From positions 2,784,001 to 2,848,000 of the forward strand of contig CBDBGH010000003.1 of assembly GCA_965205265.1 (NCBI GenBank): a stretch of DNA of 64,000 bases, written 5' to 3'. Within the stretch, counting starts at the first letter, position 1; each line of letters opens with the position of its first letter. The position numbers were made by a program, and so were the translations under genes. Below are positions 43,352-53,656 of the stretch, in pieces. Under the pieces are notes generated by a model. That model was not told where the DNA came from and did not search any database. It saw only the letters and a list, made by a program, of their open reading frames with translations. Source of the DNA: Alphaproteobacteria bacterium. Its GTDB lineage: Bacteria; Pseudomonadota; Alphaproteobacteria; Bin95.

Positions 43352-43582
43352 GGTCCCCAAGGAAGCGGACTCCGGAGCCGCCTCCCCGGGTGCCGCGCGG
43401 CCGAGCGGCGCCAGTTTCTGAAAACCCGTGAGAAGCCGACGGGAGACGTGCGCCCTGTGCCTCGCGCGCGCAATCAGGCGCGCGAACCGCGCCGCCGCGT
43501 AACGCCCGCCCGCGCCGGCACAGGCGCACGCGCGGGAGACGCGCGAAACAGGGACCCGCTCCCCGTCGGAGGAGGAGAGACG

Positions 43583-44191
43583 ATGACCGCAACCGACCCC
43601 CGCCCCGCACTGGCGGCGATGCTGGCCGAAAAGTTGGCCCCCGCCGCCGCAGCCCTTGCCGAAGCTTATGCCCAGGACATGGGCGCAGCGCCGCCGCCGG
43701 AGGACGACCGCGCCCTTGCCGACCGTCACCGCGCCGGACGCGCCGCGCTCTCCCATCTGCGCCAGCTCCTCAACCTCCTCGACTGGGCCGCCGCCCGCAT
43801 GCCCGAACCGGAGCCGGCAGTCGTCGAAGAGCCGGCGGAGGACCTCGACGACTGGGTTCCGGAGCCGGAGCCCGAGACCGGCTATGACGGCAGCGAGGAC
43901 GAATACCACTATTTCGACGAGGTCTATGTCGGCAGCCAGCAGACGCCGGAGTTCCGGGCCTGGCATGCGGAGCAGGAGCGTCGCTTCGGGCCGCTGGTGC
44001 CGGACGAGGACAGTTACGACGGCAGCGAGGACTACTACAACTTCGGCGAGCGCCAGTATGTGGGCAAGCTGACCACGCCCGCGTTCTACGACTGGCTCGC
44101 CCGCCAGGAACGCCGCGAGGCCGCAGAACTCGCCGCAACGGAGGCCGCAGAAGGAGGCGGGGGTGCGGGGTTCAATGGACGGGGAGAGTAG
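43583..44191 (+). CDS. Hypothetical acidic protein with an internal ~34-aa duplication
   Basis: Strong RBS GGAGGAGGAG; YDGSEDEYHYFDEVYVGSQQTPEFRAWHAEQERR / YDGSEDYYNFGERQYVGKLTTPAFYDWLARQERR. Confidence 0.7.
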   Translation: MTATDPRPALAAMLAEKLAPAAAALAEAYAQDMGAAPPPEDDRALADRHRAGRAALSHLRQLLNLLDWAAARMPEPEPAVVEEPAEDLDDWVPEPEPETGYDGSEDEYHYFDEVYVGSQQTPEFRAWHAEQERRFGPLVPDEDSYDGSEDYYNFGERQYVGKLTTPAFYDWLARQERREAAELAATEAAEGGGGAGFNGRGE

Positions 44192-44214
44192 AAATCGGGC
44201 CGTATCGCCTGCCC

Positions 44215-44565
44215 GTCCCTCCCGCTTGCGGCGGAAATCGTCCTCACCCTGCCTGCCTTGCCCCCTCCCTCGCTTGCTCCTTTCTTCTCCTCCCCCGCTT
44301 GCGGGAGGCCGGGTGGGGCCCTCCCGGCGAGCCTGCCCCGGACCCCGATCCGGGGGGCACCTCCCGGGCTTCGCCCGCCGCTTGCGCTGGCGTGCAAGCG
44401 GCCCCTCACCCAACCCTCTCCCGGGGGGAGAGGGCTTTCCTGCGGAGGCGGCGTTCCATCTTGCCTGCCCCAATCCCTCCTTCGCTTGCGAGGGAAGGGT
44501 TGGGGCGGGAGGCCGTCTTTCCGCACGACGGCCTCTGCCGGGCTTCGCCCGCAGGCGGGGAGGGA
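44215..44565. repeat. Cluster of REP-like palindromes
   Basis: cccgcttgcggg, cccctcacccaaccctctcccggggggagaggg and ccttcgcttgcgagggaagggttgggg motifs. Confidence 0.7.
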
Positions 44566-44747
44566 AGTCAGCGCACGGATAGCTTCATGCCTGAAACGGC
44601 TACAGCATATGAACCTGGCGCATGCAAAACATGACATTTCATGACGCCGGCCGGAGAGGGCCATGACCGAACATGACATCCCATGACATCGGCCGGGAGG
44701 CGTCCCGGCAGCCGCTCTCCAGCGCCTTCGCCGGAACCCGGTCCGGT

Positions 44748-45830
44748 TCAGCCGCGCAGCGCCGGGAGGACCTCGGTCTCGATCAGCTGCTTTGCGACCG
44801 GCCCGGCCCCGCCTCCGGCGCTGCGCCAATTGCCGTTGACGACGATCTTGTCGAGCCCGAGCGCCCGCAGCCGGACGAGCCGTTCCAGCACCCGCTCCGG
44901 CGGCCCGACGGCGGCGTATTCCCGGATGAACGCCGGCGTCAGCACCGCCGCCTGCGCCGAATCGCCCTCCGTGTGCCTGTGCATGTCATAAGCCTGGCGC
45001 ATCGCCTCCATCACCCGGCGGTTCTCTTCGGAGAGCGGGCCGCTCGCCCGGCCGTGCATGACGGCGAAGCGCGCGAAGACGGTCAGGTTGCCGCGCACCA
45101 TGTCCTGGGCGGCTTCCATGTCGGGGTGGCAGCCGCAGGACACATAGGCGCCGAAACGCAGGCCTTCCGGGTCGAGGCCGGCCGCCTCGCGCGCCGCCCG
45201 GGCGGCGGCGATGCCCCAGGCGAGGCGCTCCGGCGAGGCGCCGAGCGCGAACATCACCCGGTCCGCCCGGCGCGCGGCGATGGCGATGACCTTCGGCCCC
45301 GTCGCCGCGACCTCGACAAGCGCCTTGCCGTCCCGCGCCGCAGCCCCGGCCATCCACCGGATGCGGCTCGCCGCCGGCGTCTCGGCGAGCGCCAGCGTCT
45401 CCACCGGCGGCGCGGATGCGGCCGGAATATCGACCAGCTCCTCGAACGCCACCTCGCCGCCCGACAGATAGGCCTGGAGGTGGGTGAGATAGCGCTCGAA
45501 CTGCCCGAGCCGCGCCGGGGCGCGGCCGAGATGGGCGAGCGCGGAATCGCCCCGGCCGATGCCGAGCGTCATCCGCCCCCGCGACACGCTGTTGACCGTG
45601 GCCGCCGCCGAGGCCAGCACCGCGGCCGTCCGCGTGACCGGATTGGAGACGCCCGTGCCGAGCCCGAGGCGCCGGGTAACGGTGGCCGCCATGGCCAGCG
45701 CGACGAAGGAATCGGCCGCGAGGTTCTGGGAATCGACGACATTGACGCCGTCCCAGCCGCTTTCCTCCAGCGCCCGCGCCTCGTGCAGAATGCCGCGCGG
45801 CGCGGGCATGCAATTGGTCCAGATTTCCAT
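44748..45830 (-). CDS. LLM-class flavin-dependent oxidoreductase
   Basis: DSQNL..DSFVAL, LGTGVSNPVTR, GRMTLGIGRGDSA, AATGPK. Confidence 0.88.
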   Translation of the reverse strand: MEIWTNCMPAPRGILHEARALEESGWDGVNVVDSQNLAADSFVALAMAATVTRRLGLGTGVSNPVTRTAAVLASAAATVNSVSRGRMTLGIGRGDSALAHLGRAPARLGQFERYLTHLQAYLSGGEVAFEELVDIPAASAPPVETLALAETPAASRIRWMAGAAARDGKALVEVAATGPKVIAIAARRADRVMFALGASPERLAWGIAAARAAREAAGLDPEGLRFGAYVSCGCHPDMEAAQDMVRGNLTVFARFAVMHGRASGPLSEENRRVMEAMRQAYDMHRHTEGDSAQAAVLTPAFIREYAAVGPPERVLERLVRLRALGLDKIVVNGNWRSAGGGAGPVAKQLIETEVLPALRG

Positions 45831-45985
45831 GAGCCCCCGATTCCCTCCCTGCGGGCAAGACGCGCGGGCCGGATTATTCCCGCTTCCGCGCCGCCCGCAA
45901 CCGCCGGCCGTTCCCTTGCGGCGGCCGGTCGTGGCAGTCTCCGCGCCCGGGCCCCTCCCCACCGGCGCCATGCAGGAGTTGGACC

Positions 45986-46855
45986 ATGAACCGACTGTTC
46001 ACCGAGGCCGAATCCGCGGAGATCGTCATCGAGCGGCTGGCCGGCTGCGACGATCCGCGGTTCCGCGCGGTCATGGAGGCCGCCATCCGGCACCTGCACG
46101 CCTTCGTGAAGGAGGTGGAGCCCACCGTCGGGGAATGGGCGCAGGCCATCCGGTTCCTGACCGCCACCGGGCAGATGTGCGACGACCGCCGCCAGGAATG
46201 GATTCTGGCCTCCGACGTGCTCGGCGTTTCCATGCTGGTGGAGACGCTGAACAACCGCTCCGAGGGCGGCGCCACGGAGGCGACGGTGCTCGGCCCCTTC
46301 CATGTCGAGGGCGCGCCGCAGCTCGAGCCCGGCAGCAATATCTGCCGGGACGGCAAGGGCGTGCCCTGCCTCGTCTCCGGGCGCGTCACCGATGTCGAAG
46401 GCAGGCCGCTGGCCGGCGCGGTCCTCGACATCTGGCAGACCGATGCGGACGGCTTCTACGACGTGCAGCAGCCGGAACTGCAGCCGGAGATGAACCTGCG
46501 CGGGCGGTTCCTCACGGGCGCGGACGGGCGCTATTCCTTCCGCACGGTGAGGCCCGTGTCATATCCGGTGCCGACCGACGGCCCGGTCGGGGACATATTG
46601 AGGCGCATGGGCCGGCACGCCTGGCGCCCGGCGCATATCCACTTTATCGCGAGCAAGCCCGGCTACCGGCGGCTCGTGACCCACATCTTCGCCCATGACG
46701 ACCCCTATATCGATTCGGACGCGGTATTCGGGGTCAAGGAATCGCTGCTGGTCGAGTTCCGCGAACATGACGACGGCGAGCAGGCGCGCGAGCTCGGCGT
46801 GGAGGCGCCCTTCTGCACCGCGGAGTTCGACATCCGGCTCGCCCGGGAAGGCTGA
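45986..46855 (+). CDS. Intradiol ring-cleavage dioxygenase (hydroxyquinol/catechol 1,2-dioxygenase-like)
   Basis: TVLGPFH, DIWQTDADGFYDVQ, YPVPTDGPVG, WRPAHIHF, SDAVFGVK. Confidence 0.92.
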   Translation: MNRLFTEAESAEIVIERLAGCDDPRFRAVMEAAIRHLHAFVKEVEPTVGEWAQAIRFLTATGQMCDDRRQEWILASDVLGVSMLVETLNNRSEGGATEATVLGPFHVEGAPQLEPGSNICRDGKGVPCLVSGRVTDVEGRPLAGAVLDIWQTDADGFYDVQQPELQPEMNLRGRFLTGADGRYSFRTVRPVSYPVPTDGPVGDILRRMGRHAWRPAHIHFIASKPGYRRLVTHIFAHDDPYIDSDAVFGVKESLLVEFREHDDGEQARELGVEAPFCTAEFDIRLAREG

Positions 46856-46867
46856 GGCCGGGCGGGG

Positions 46868-47761
46868 CTACGGCGCGCGGACGAGCGCCGCGGCCTGCGC
46901 GGCGGAGAAGGCTTCCGCGCGGCCGCAGAACTGGCAGACCATCTCCAGCGAGCCGTCCTCCCGGCGCATGTCCTCCATCTCGCCGGCGGAAAGCGCGCGG
47001 AGCACGGTTTCCATCCGCGCCCGGCCGCCGCAGCGGCAGCCGTCGCGAAGCGGGCGCTGGGGATCGACGCGCAGCTCGTCGCGGTGGAAGAGGCGCAGCA
47101 GCAGCGCGTCGCCCGGCAGCGCGGGGTCGAGCAGTTCGTCCGGACCGACGGTGAGCATGTAGTGCCCGAGCCGGGTCCAGAGATCGCCGGTCTCCTCGGG
47201 CGGGTCCGGCTCGTCCGGGAGGCGCTGGAGCATCAGCGCCGCCGCGCGCCAGGCCCCGCCCCGCCGGCCGCAGGCGGCCGCAAGGCAGGTGTCGATCTGC
47301 TCCGACTGGCGGAAATAATGCAGCACGGACTGCGCGAGGCCGCCCCTGGCCAGTTCGACCACGCCCTGGTAGCGCTCGCCGCCGTCCGCCGGATCGAATG
47401 TGAACGCCAGATAGCCGGCGCCGAACGGGCCGCCGCCGGCCTCTGCCGGCCCGGCCTCGCCGTCGAAGCCGGCAAAGCCGCGCATGAGCCCCGCCGCGTC
47501 TATATCCGCCACCAGCCGGCGGATCGCGCCGTCGCCTTCGACCTGAAGCGTGAATATGCCGCCCGCCTTGAGCGACTGCGCGAGCGCGGCCGCGACCGCC
47601 AGCGATTCGCCCAGCACCGCCGCCGCTGCATCCGGATAGGCGTGCCGGTCGAGGATGCGCGCGACCTCCGGCCCGAGGCGCACGAGGCGGCCGCGCACCC
47701 TTGTGCCGGCCAGCCGGAAGGGTCTCACATAATCGTCGCGAAGCGCCGCGCGAGCCTCCAT
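46868..47761 (-). CDS. hslO: Hsp33 redox chaperone
   Basis: RGRLVRL, YQGVVEL, YFRQSEQ, CRC...CQFC zinc motif. Confidence 0.93.
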   Translation of the reverse strand: MEARAALRDDYVRPFRLAGTRVRGRLVRLGPEVARILDRHAYPDAAAAVLGESLAVAAALAQSLKAGGIFTLQVEGDGAIRRLVADIDAAGLMRGFAGFDGEAGPAEAGGGPFGAGYLAFTFDPADGGERYQGVVELARGGLAQSVLHYFRQSEQIDTCLAAACGRRGGAWRAAALMLQRLPDEPDPPEETGDLWTRLGHYMLTVGPDELLDPALPGDALLLRLFHRDELRVDPQRPLRDGCRCGGRARMETVLRALSAGEMEDMRREDGSLEMVCQFCGRAEAFSAAQAAALVRAP

Positions 47762-47770
47762 GCGCCGGCG

Positions 47771-48673
47771 CTACCGCCCGAGGCACCAGGCGAGAATGCC
47801 CTTCTGCGCATGCAGCCGGTTTTCCGCCTCGTCCCAGACGGCCGATTGCGGCCCGTCGATCACGGCGCCGGAAACCTCCTCGCCGCGGTGCGCCGGCAGG
47901 CAATGCAGGAAAATGGCGTCCGGCCGCGCCCCGGCCATCAGCCGCTCATCGACGCGGTACGGCGCCAGCAGGTTGTGGCGGCTGCTCTCGCTGCCGTCAT
48001 TCATCGACACCCAGACGTCGGTGACGACCGCATGGGCGCCGGATACAGCCGCCGCCGGGTCGTCGTGGAGGCTCACCCGCGCGCCGTTCGCTTCCGCCCA
48101 GGCGAGCGCGTCGGCCGGCGGACGGCGCTCCGGCGGGCAGCCGACGGCGAGGTCGAAATCGAAGCGCGCCGCCGCGTGGATCCAGCTCGTGGCGACATTA
48201 TTGCCGTCGCCGCTCCAGGCGATGCGCTTGCCGGCAATGGCGCCGCGCCGCTCTTCGAAGGTCATCACGTCCGCCATGAGCTGGCAGGGATGCGAGCGGT
48301 CGGTCAGCCCGTTGATGACCGGCACTTCGGCATTGGCGGCGAGCTCGGTCAGCTTGTCGTGGCTGTCGGTGCGGATCATGATCGCATCGACATAGCGCGA
48401 CAGCACCCGTGCCGTATCGGCCCAGCTCTCGCCGCGCTTGACCTGGGTTTCCTGGCCGGAAAGCACGATGACATGGCCGCCGAGCTGGCGCATGGCGACC
48501 TCGAAGGACACGCGGGTGCGCGTCGAGGGCTGCTCGAAGATCATCGCGAGCGTCTTGCCCTCGAGCGGCCGGTCCGGGTCCCCCGCCTTGAAGGCGAGGG
48601 CCCGGTCGAGGATGCGGCGGAGCGCGGCCCCGTCGTAATCCTTGAGGTCGAGGAAGTGGCGCGGCGCGCTCAT
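47771..48673 (-). CDS. argF: Ornithine carbamoyltransferase
   Basis: [32 protein letters not shown]. Confidence 0.96.
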   Translation of the reverse strand: MSAPRHFLDLKDYDGAALRRILDRALAFKAGDPDRPLEGKTLAMIFEQPSTRTRVSFEVAMRQLGGHVIVLSGQETQVKRGESWADTARVLSRYVDAIMIRTDSHDKLTELAANAEVPVINGLTDRSHPCQLMADVMTFEERRGAIAGKRIAWSGDGNNVATSWIHAAARFDFDLAVGCPPERRPPADALAWAEANGARVSLHDDPAAAVSGAHAVVTDVWVSMNDGSESSRHNLLAPYRVDERLMAGARPDAIFLHCLPAHRGEEVSGAVIDGPQSAVWDEAENRLHAQKGILAWCLGR

Positions 48674-48679
48674 ACGCTC

Positions 48680-49861
48680 TCACGCAGCGGCGGCGGCGAA
48701 TTCCCGGCAAGCGCCTTCGACCATGCCGACCGCCTCGCCGATATGCGAGTCCTCGACGACGAGCGGCGGCAGCAGCCGCACGACATTCTCGCCCGCCGGC
48801 ACCGCGAGCAGGCCCTGGCGGCGCAGTTCGCCCACAAATTCGCCGTTGGCGGGGCCGGTGCGCAGCCCGACCATCATGCCCGTGCCGCGCACTTCCAGGA
48901 TCGTGTCCGGATAGCGCGCCGCGAGCGCCGCGAGGCGCCCGTGCAGATCCCTGGCACGCGCCTGCACGTTGTCGAGGAAACCCTCGGCCAGCAGCGCGTC
49001 GAGCACGGCGTTGACGACGGCCGTCGCCAGCGGGTTGCCGCCGAATGTGGAGCCATGCGTGCCGGCGACCATGCCCGACGCCGCCTCTTCCGTCGCGAGG
49101 CAGGCGCCGACCGGGAACCCGCCGCCAAGGCCCTTGGCGAGCGCCATCACGTCCGGGCGGATGCCCGACCATTCATAGGCGAACAGCTTGCCGGTGCGGC
49201 CCATGCCGCACTGCACCTCGTCGAGGAACATCAGGAGGCCGAACTCGTCGCAGATCTCGCGCACGCCCTTGAGGTAGTCGGCGGACATCGGGCGGATGCC
49301 GCCCTCGCCCTGCACCGGCTCGACCAGAATGGCGCAGGTCTCGCCGGTGACGGCCGCGCGCAGCTCGTTGAGATTGCCGAAGGCCACCTGATCGAAGCCC
49401 TCGGTAACCGGGCCGAAGCCCTTGTAGAGCTTCTCCTGGCCGGATGCGGCGATGGAGGCGAGCGAGCGGCCGTGGAAGCAGCCCTCGACCGTGATGATGC
49501 GGAAGCGCTCCGGCTCGCCCTTGTCCGCATAGTGCTTGCGGACGAGCTTGATGCCGCATTCGATGGCCTCGAGGCCGGAATTGCAGAAGAAGACCGTGTC
49601 CGCGAAGCTGTTCTCGGTCAGTCGTCGCCCGGCTCGCTCCTGATTGGGAATATTGTACAGGTTCGAGGTATGCCAGAGTCGGCCGGCCTGATCCTGGAGC
49701 GCGGCGACAAGGCCGGGATGGGCGTGGCCGAGAGCGGTCACGGCGATCCCGCCGCCGAAGTCCAGGAACCGCCGCCCGTCGGACGCGAAGAGGTAGGGGC
49801 CCTCGCCTTTCTCGAAAGCGATGTCCCGATCCCCGTAGGTCGGCATCAGGGGGGCGATCAC
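48680..49861 (-). CDS. argD: Acetylornithine aminotransferase
   Basis: GIAVTALGH.HP, EPVQGEGG, DEVQCGMGRTG, AKGLGGGFP, HGSTFGGNP; GTG start after AAGGAG. Confidence 0.93.
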   Translation of the reverse strand: MIAPLMPTYGDRDIAFEKGEGPYLFASDGRRFLDFGGGIAVTALGHAHPGLVAALQDQAGRLWHTSNLYNIPNQERAGRRLTENSFADTVFFCNSGLEAIECGIKLVRKHYADKGEPERFRIITVEGCFHGRSLASIAASGQEKLYKGFGPVTEGFDQVAFGNLNELRAAVTGETCAILVEPVQGEGGIRPMSADYLKGVREICDEFGLLMFLDEVQCGMGRTGKLFAYEWSGIRPDVMALAKGLGGGFPVGACLATEEAASGMVAGTHGSTFGGNPLATAVVNAVLDALLAEGFLDNVQARARDLHGRLAALAARYPDTILEVRGTGMMVGLRTGPANGEFVGELRRQGLLAVPAGENVVRLLPPLVVEDSHIGEAVGMVEGACREFAAAAA

Positions 49862-49971
49862 GATCGGGTCTCCTTCGGATGGTGCTTCAAACGACATCCC
49901 CGCCGCAGGCCGGCGGGGAAGCGCGCAATAGTGGTTGCCGGGCGGCTTATGTCAATGCCCGGCTTGAGGCC

Positions 49972-50697
49972 TCAGTCCTCGCGCACGCCGGCGGCGAGAT
50001 AGCCGCCGTCCACCGGCAGCACGACGCCGCTGACATAGGCCGCCGCCTCGCCGGCGAGGAACACCGCCGCATCCGCCATCTCCTCGGGGAAGCCGTAGCG
50101 CGCTGCCGGGATCATGCGATGGTAGTTGGCGCGGGCGGCCGGCGTGTGGTGGGCGCGGGTCAGCGCGGTATCGACCGGCCCCGGCGCAATCGCGTTCACC
50201 GTGACGCCGAAGGGCGCCAGTTCCATGGCCGCCTGTTGCGTGAGCGCGACAACGCCGGCCTTGGAGATGCCGTAGGCCATCCGTTCGGCCCCGACGCGCA
50301 CGCCGGAGATGGAGGCGATATTCACGATGCGCCCGTAGCCGGCTTCGACCATGGGGCGCGCCGCTTCCTGCAGACAATAGAAGCTGCCGTAGAGGTTGAT
50401 CCGGAGCACGCGGTCGAAATCTTCCGGCGTTACGTCGAAGATGGCATGGCGGACGCTGATGCCCGCGACATTGGCCAGAATGTCGATGCGGCCGTGGCGC
50501 GCGACCGTCTCCGCGACCAGCCGCCGGGCGTCCTCCGGCTTCGAGACGTCGATGGCGAGGCCGCCCGGCCCGAGCCCGTCCGCCTTCAGGTCGCTCTCCA
50601 CCACTTCCGCCCCTTCGGCGCGAAAGGCTGCGGCAATCGCCCCGCCGATCCCGCCGCCGGCCCCCGTCACCGCCGCTACCCGCCCTTGCAACCGCAT
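49972..50697 (-). CDS. SDR-family oxidoreductase
   Basis: TGAGGGIG, YGISK, NAIAPG, VDGG. Confidence 0.92.
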   Translation of the reverse strand: MRLQGRVAAVTGAGGGIGGAIAAAFRAEGAEVVESDLKADGLGPGGLAIDVSKPEDARRLVAETVARHGRIDILANVAGISVRHAIFDVTPEDFDRVLRINLYGSFYCLQEAARPMVEAGYGRIVNIASISGVRVGAERMAYGISKAGVVALTQQAAMELAPFGVTVNAIAPGPVDTALTRAHHTPAARANYHRMIPAARYGFPEEMADAAVFLAGEAAAYVSGVVLPVDGGYLAAGVRED

Positions 50698-50866
50698 GGC
50701 TTTGTTTCCTTTCCGCGAAAGTCCAAACCCCGACAGCCCGGTCTCACGCCGGGAATCCGGACGAGGCTAGCACATGCCTGCGGCGCACCGGCATCGATAG
50801 CCTGCAAACGCGCGCGCGACGGGGTAGTATGCGCCGCACCGATATATCCGGCCGGAGGCAGGGCGT

Positions 50867-51823
50867 TTGCCCATTACGCTGCGCCAGTTGCGCTATTTTC
50901 AGGCTCTCGTCGCGCACGGCTCCTTCAGCCGCGCCGCGGAGAGCGTATTCGTGTCCCAGCCGGCGCTTTCGCTCCAGATTCGCGAGCTTGAGGCGACGCT
51001 CGGCGGGCCGCTGGTGGAGCGCGAGAGCCGCGGCGTTCATCTCACCCGCCTCGGCCGGGAGGCGCATGAGCAGACGCTCCAGATTCTGGACGAGACCAAT
51101 TTCCTCGAGCTCATGGGGAAACAGTTCGATGACGGCCGGGCAACCGTCGCTGTCGGCATTATTTCCACCCTGTCGCCCTATCTGCTGCCGGGCCTTCTCG
51201 AGCGCTTGCAGGAAACGACGCCCCGCATCGAACCCAGCGTCGTCGAGGCGACCGGCAACGAGTTGATATCGGGCCTCCAGTCGGGCCGCCTGGATGCTGC
51301 GATCCTGTCCCTTCCGGTCGGCGTGATCGAGTTCCCGGAGCGGGAATTGTTCGAAGACCGGTTCCTGGTCGCGGGCCTCGCCGGCTTGCTGGACGCCGTC
51401 CGCTCGCATTCCGATTCCCCCCGGCCCGAGGATCTGGCGCGGGCCGATATCGGGCCGCTGCTTACCCTTGCGGACGGGCATTGCCTCGCCGACCAGGTTC
51501 TGGGGGCCTGCTCGATGTGGCGCCAGCAGGACGTCCACCGCGGCGCCGGCTCGCTGGCCACGCTTTCGCGTCTGGTCGCGGGCGGCGAAGGTATTGCGCT
51601 CATTCCGGAGACCGCCCTGTCCTGCGAAAGCGGGATGTCTCCCGGCCTTCGCTTCCTGCGCTTCGCCGCGCCGGAGCCGCTGCGCCGGATCGGCCTGATC
51701 CATCGCTTGGCTGCCCACGGCCAGCGCTGGATCGACCCCCTGGCCGAAGCGGTGGCGGATGCCGGCAGGGACCTGACCGGACAGGCGCGCCGGCTGGTGG
51801 CCGAGGCTCCAACGGCCGCCTGA
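50867..51823 (+). CDS. oxyR: OxyR-like LysR regulator
   Basis: LysR HTH; GHCLADQVLGAC keeps both redox Cys (C199/C208 spacing); SLATL. Confidence 0.75.
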   Translation: MPITLRQLRYFQALVAHGSFSRAAESVFVSQPALSLQIRELEATLGGPLVERESRGVHLTRLGREAHEQTLQILDETNFLELMGKQFDDGRATVAVGIISTLSPYLLPGLLERLQETTPRIEPSVVEATGNELISGLQSGRLDAAILSLPVGVIEFPERELFEDRFLVAGLAGLLDAVRSHSDSPRPEDLARADIGPLLTLADGHCLADQVLGACSMWRQQDVHRGAGSLATLSRLVAGGEGIALIPETALSCESGMSPGLRFLRFAAPEPLRRIGLIHRLAAHGQRWIDPLAEAVADAGRDLTGQARRLVAEAPTAA

Positions 51824-51854
51824 GCCGGGCCGCCGCGGGTCCTTACCGCCCGCA

Positions 51855-53558
51855 CTATCCGCCTGCCGCCTTCGCCATGAAGTCGAAATCGCAGCCCCGG
51901 TTCGCCTGGGTCACGGTCTCCAGATAGAGCTTGAGATAGCCGCGTTCGGAACCGGCATGGGCCGGCGGGCTCCAGCCGGCGCGCCGCCGGGCGAGCTCCA
52001 CCTCGTCCACCAGCAGGTCGAGGCGCCGCCCCGGCGTGTCGAGGCGGATGCGGTCGCCCGTCCGGACGAGCGCGAGCGGCCCGCCGACCGCCGCCTCCGG
52101 GCAGCAATGCAGCACGATCGTGCCGAAGGCCGTGCCCGACATGCGCGCGTCGGAGATCCGCACCATGTCGCGGACGCCCTGTGCCGCGAGCTTTTTCGGG
52201 ATGGGCATCGAGCCCGCCTCCGGCATGCCCGGCGCGCCCTTCGGTCCGGCATTGCGGAGCACCAGCACATCGTCCGCCGCCACATCGAGGCCGGGGTCGT
52301 CGATCCGCGCCGCGAGGTCCTCCAGCCCGTCGAACACCACCGCCCGGCCCTCATGCGCGAGCAGGTCCGGGCTCGCCGCCGACTGCTTGATGACCGCCGT
52401 GTCCGGCGCGAGCGTGCCGCGCAGCACGGCGACGCCCCCTTCCGGCCAGATCGGGTCCGCCAGCGGCCGCACGACCGCCTGGCCCGGATGCTCGTCGGCC
52501 GCCCCGTCGATCTCCTCGCCGAGCGTGCGCCCCGTCACCGTCAGCGCGTCGAGGTTCAGCAACGCCCTCAGCTCCTTTAGGATGGGCGCCGCGCCGCCCG
52601 CGCGGTGCAGGTCCTCCATGTAGTGTTGGCCAGAGGGCTTGAGATCCACCAGCACGGGCGTCTCCCGGCCCATCGCATCGATGGCGTCGAGGTCCACCTC
52701 GATCCCGAGCCGGCCGGCGACCGCCGCCATGTGGATCAGGCCGTTGGTCGAGCCGCCGACGGCAAGCAGCATGCGAAAGGCGTTCTCGAAGGCGGCCGGC
52801 GTCATGATGCGGTCGGGAGTCAGCCCCTCCCCGGCCAGCGCCACGGCACGGGCCCCGGTGGCCTCCGCATGGCGCAGGCGGTCGGCATGGACCGCCGGGA
52901 TGGCCGCGCCGCCCGGCAGCATCATGCCGACGGTCTCCGTCATCAGCGCCATCGTGGAGGCGGTGCCCATCACCATGCAGGTGCCGGCCGTCGGCATCAG
53001 CCGTCCGCCCGCGAGCTCGATTTCGGCCTCGTCCATATCGCCGGCCCGATAGAGTCCCCAGAGCCGCCGGCAGTCCGTGCAGGCGCCGAGCCTCTCGCCC
53101 CGGAAATGGCCGGTCATCATCGGTCCCGTCACCTCCATGATGGCGGGAATGCCCGCGCTCGCCGCGCCCATCAGCAGCGCCGGCACCGTCTTGTCGCAGC
53201 CGCCGATCAGCACCACGGCGTCCATCGGCTGGGCGCGGACCATCTCTTCTGTGTCCATCGCCATGAGGTTGCGCAGGAACATCGAGGTCGGGTGCGAAAA
53301 GCTCTCGTGGATCGAAATCGTCGGGAAGCGGATCGGCAGCCCGCCCGCATGCATGACGCCGCGCTCGATGGCGGCGATCAGGTCCGGCACGGTGCGGTGG
53401 CAGCCATTGAAGCCGCTGAACGTGTCGGTGATGGCGACGATCGGGCGTTCGAGCGCCTCGTCGGAATAGCCCATCGCCTTGATGAACGCCTTGCGCAGGA
53501 AGAAGGAGAGCCCGGCGTCGCCGTATTGGGCGAGGCCGGAACGGATGCCATCGGTCAC
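51855..53558 (-). CDS. IlvD/Edd-family dehydratase (sugar-acid type)
   Basis: GGCDKT, GTCMVMGTAS, GGSTN, GAPGMPE, SDARMSGT; GTG start 53558 (the track's 928-aa ORF is read-through across the IS). Confidence 0.9.
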   Translation of the reverse strand: MTDGIRSGLAQYGDAGLSFFLRKAFIKAMGYSDEALERPIVAITDTFSGFNGCHRTVPDLIAAIERGVMHAGGLPIRFPTISIHESFSHPTSMFLRNLMAMDTEEMVRAQPMDAVVLIGGCDKTVPALLMGAASAGIPAIMEVTGPMMTGHFRGERLGACTDCRRLWGLYRAGDMDEAEIELAGGRLMPTAGTCMVMGTASTMALMTETVGMMLPGGAAIPAVHADRLRHAEATGARAVALAGEGLTPDRIMTPAAFENAFRMLLAVGGSTNGLIHMAAVAGRLGIEVDLDAIDAMGRETPVLVDLKPSGQHYMEDLHRAGGAAPILKELRALLNLDALTVTGRTLGEEIDGAADEHPGQAVVRPLADPIWPEGGVAVLRGTLAPDTAVIKQSAASPDLLAHEGRAVVFDGLEDLAARIDDPGLDVAADDVLVLRNAGPKGAPGMPEAGSMPIPKKLAAQGVRDMVRISDARMSGTAFGTIVLHCCPEAAVGGPLALVRTGDRIRLDTPGRRLDLLVDEVELARRRAGWSPPAHAGSERGYLKLYLETVTQANRGCDFDFMAKAAGG

Positions 53559-53656
53559 GGGTGGAGCGCCTTTCGATCGTTCGGGGCGGAAGGGTTCGAG
53601 TTTGCGGCCCCGGGAGCGGAGGGCCAAGCCCGATGTGTCATGGAGTGTCATGTTTT
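53487..53656. repeat. 170-bp target duplication, left copy
   Basis: cgccttgcgcagg...gtgtcatgtttt repeated at 55573-55742. Confidence 0.92.

Larger units (their letters stand above)
43325..44690 (+). repeat. Composite repeated element, copy A
   Basis: Leader 43352-43582 and end block 44585-44690 are both homologous to the reverse complement of parts of 55717-56480. Confidence 0.7.
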
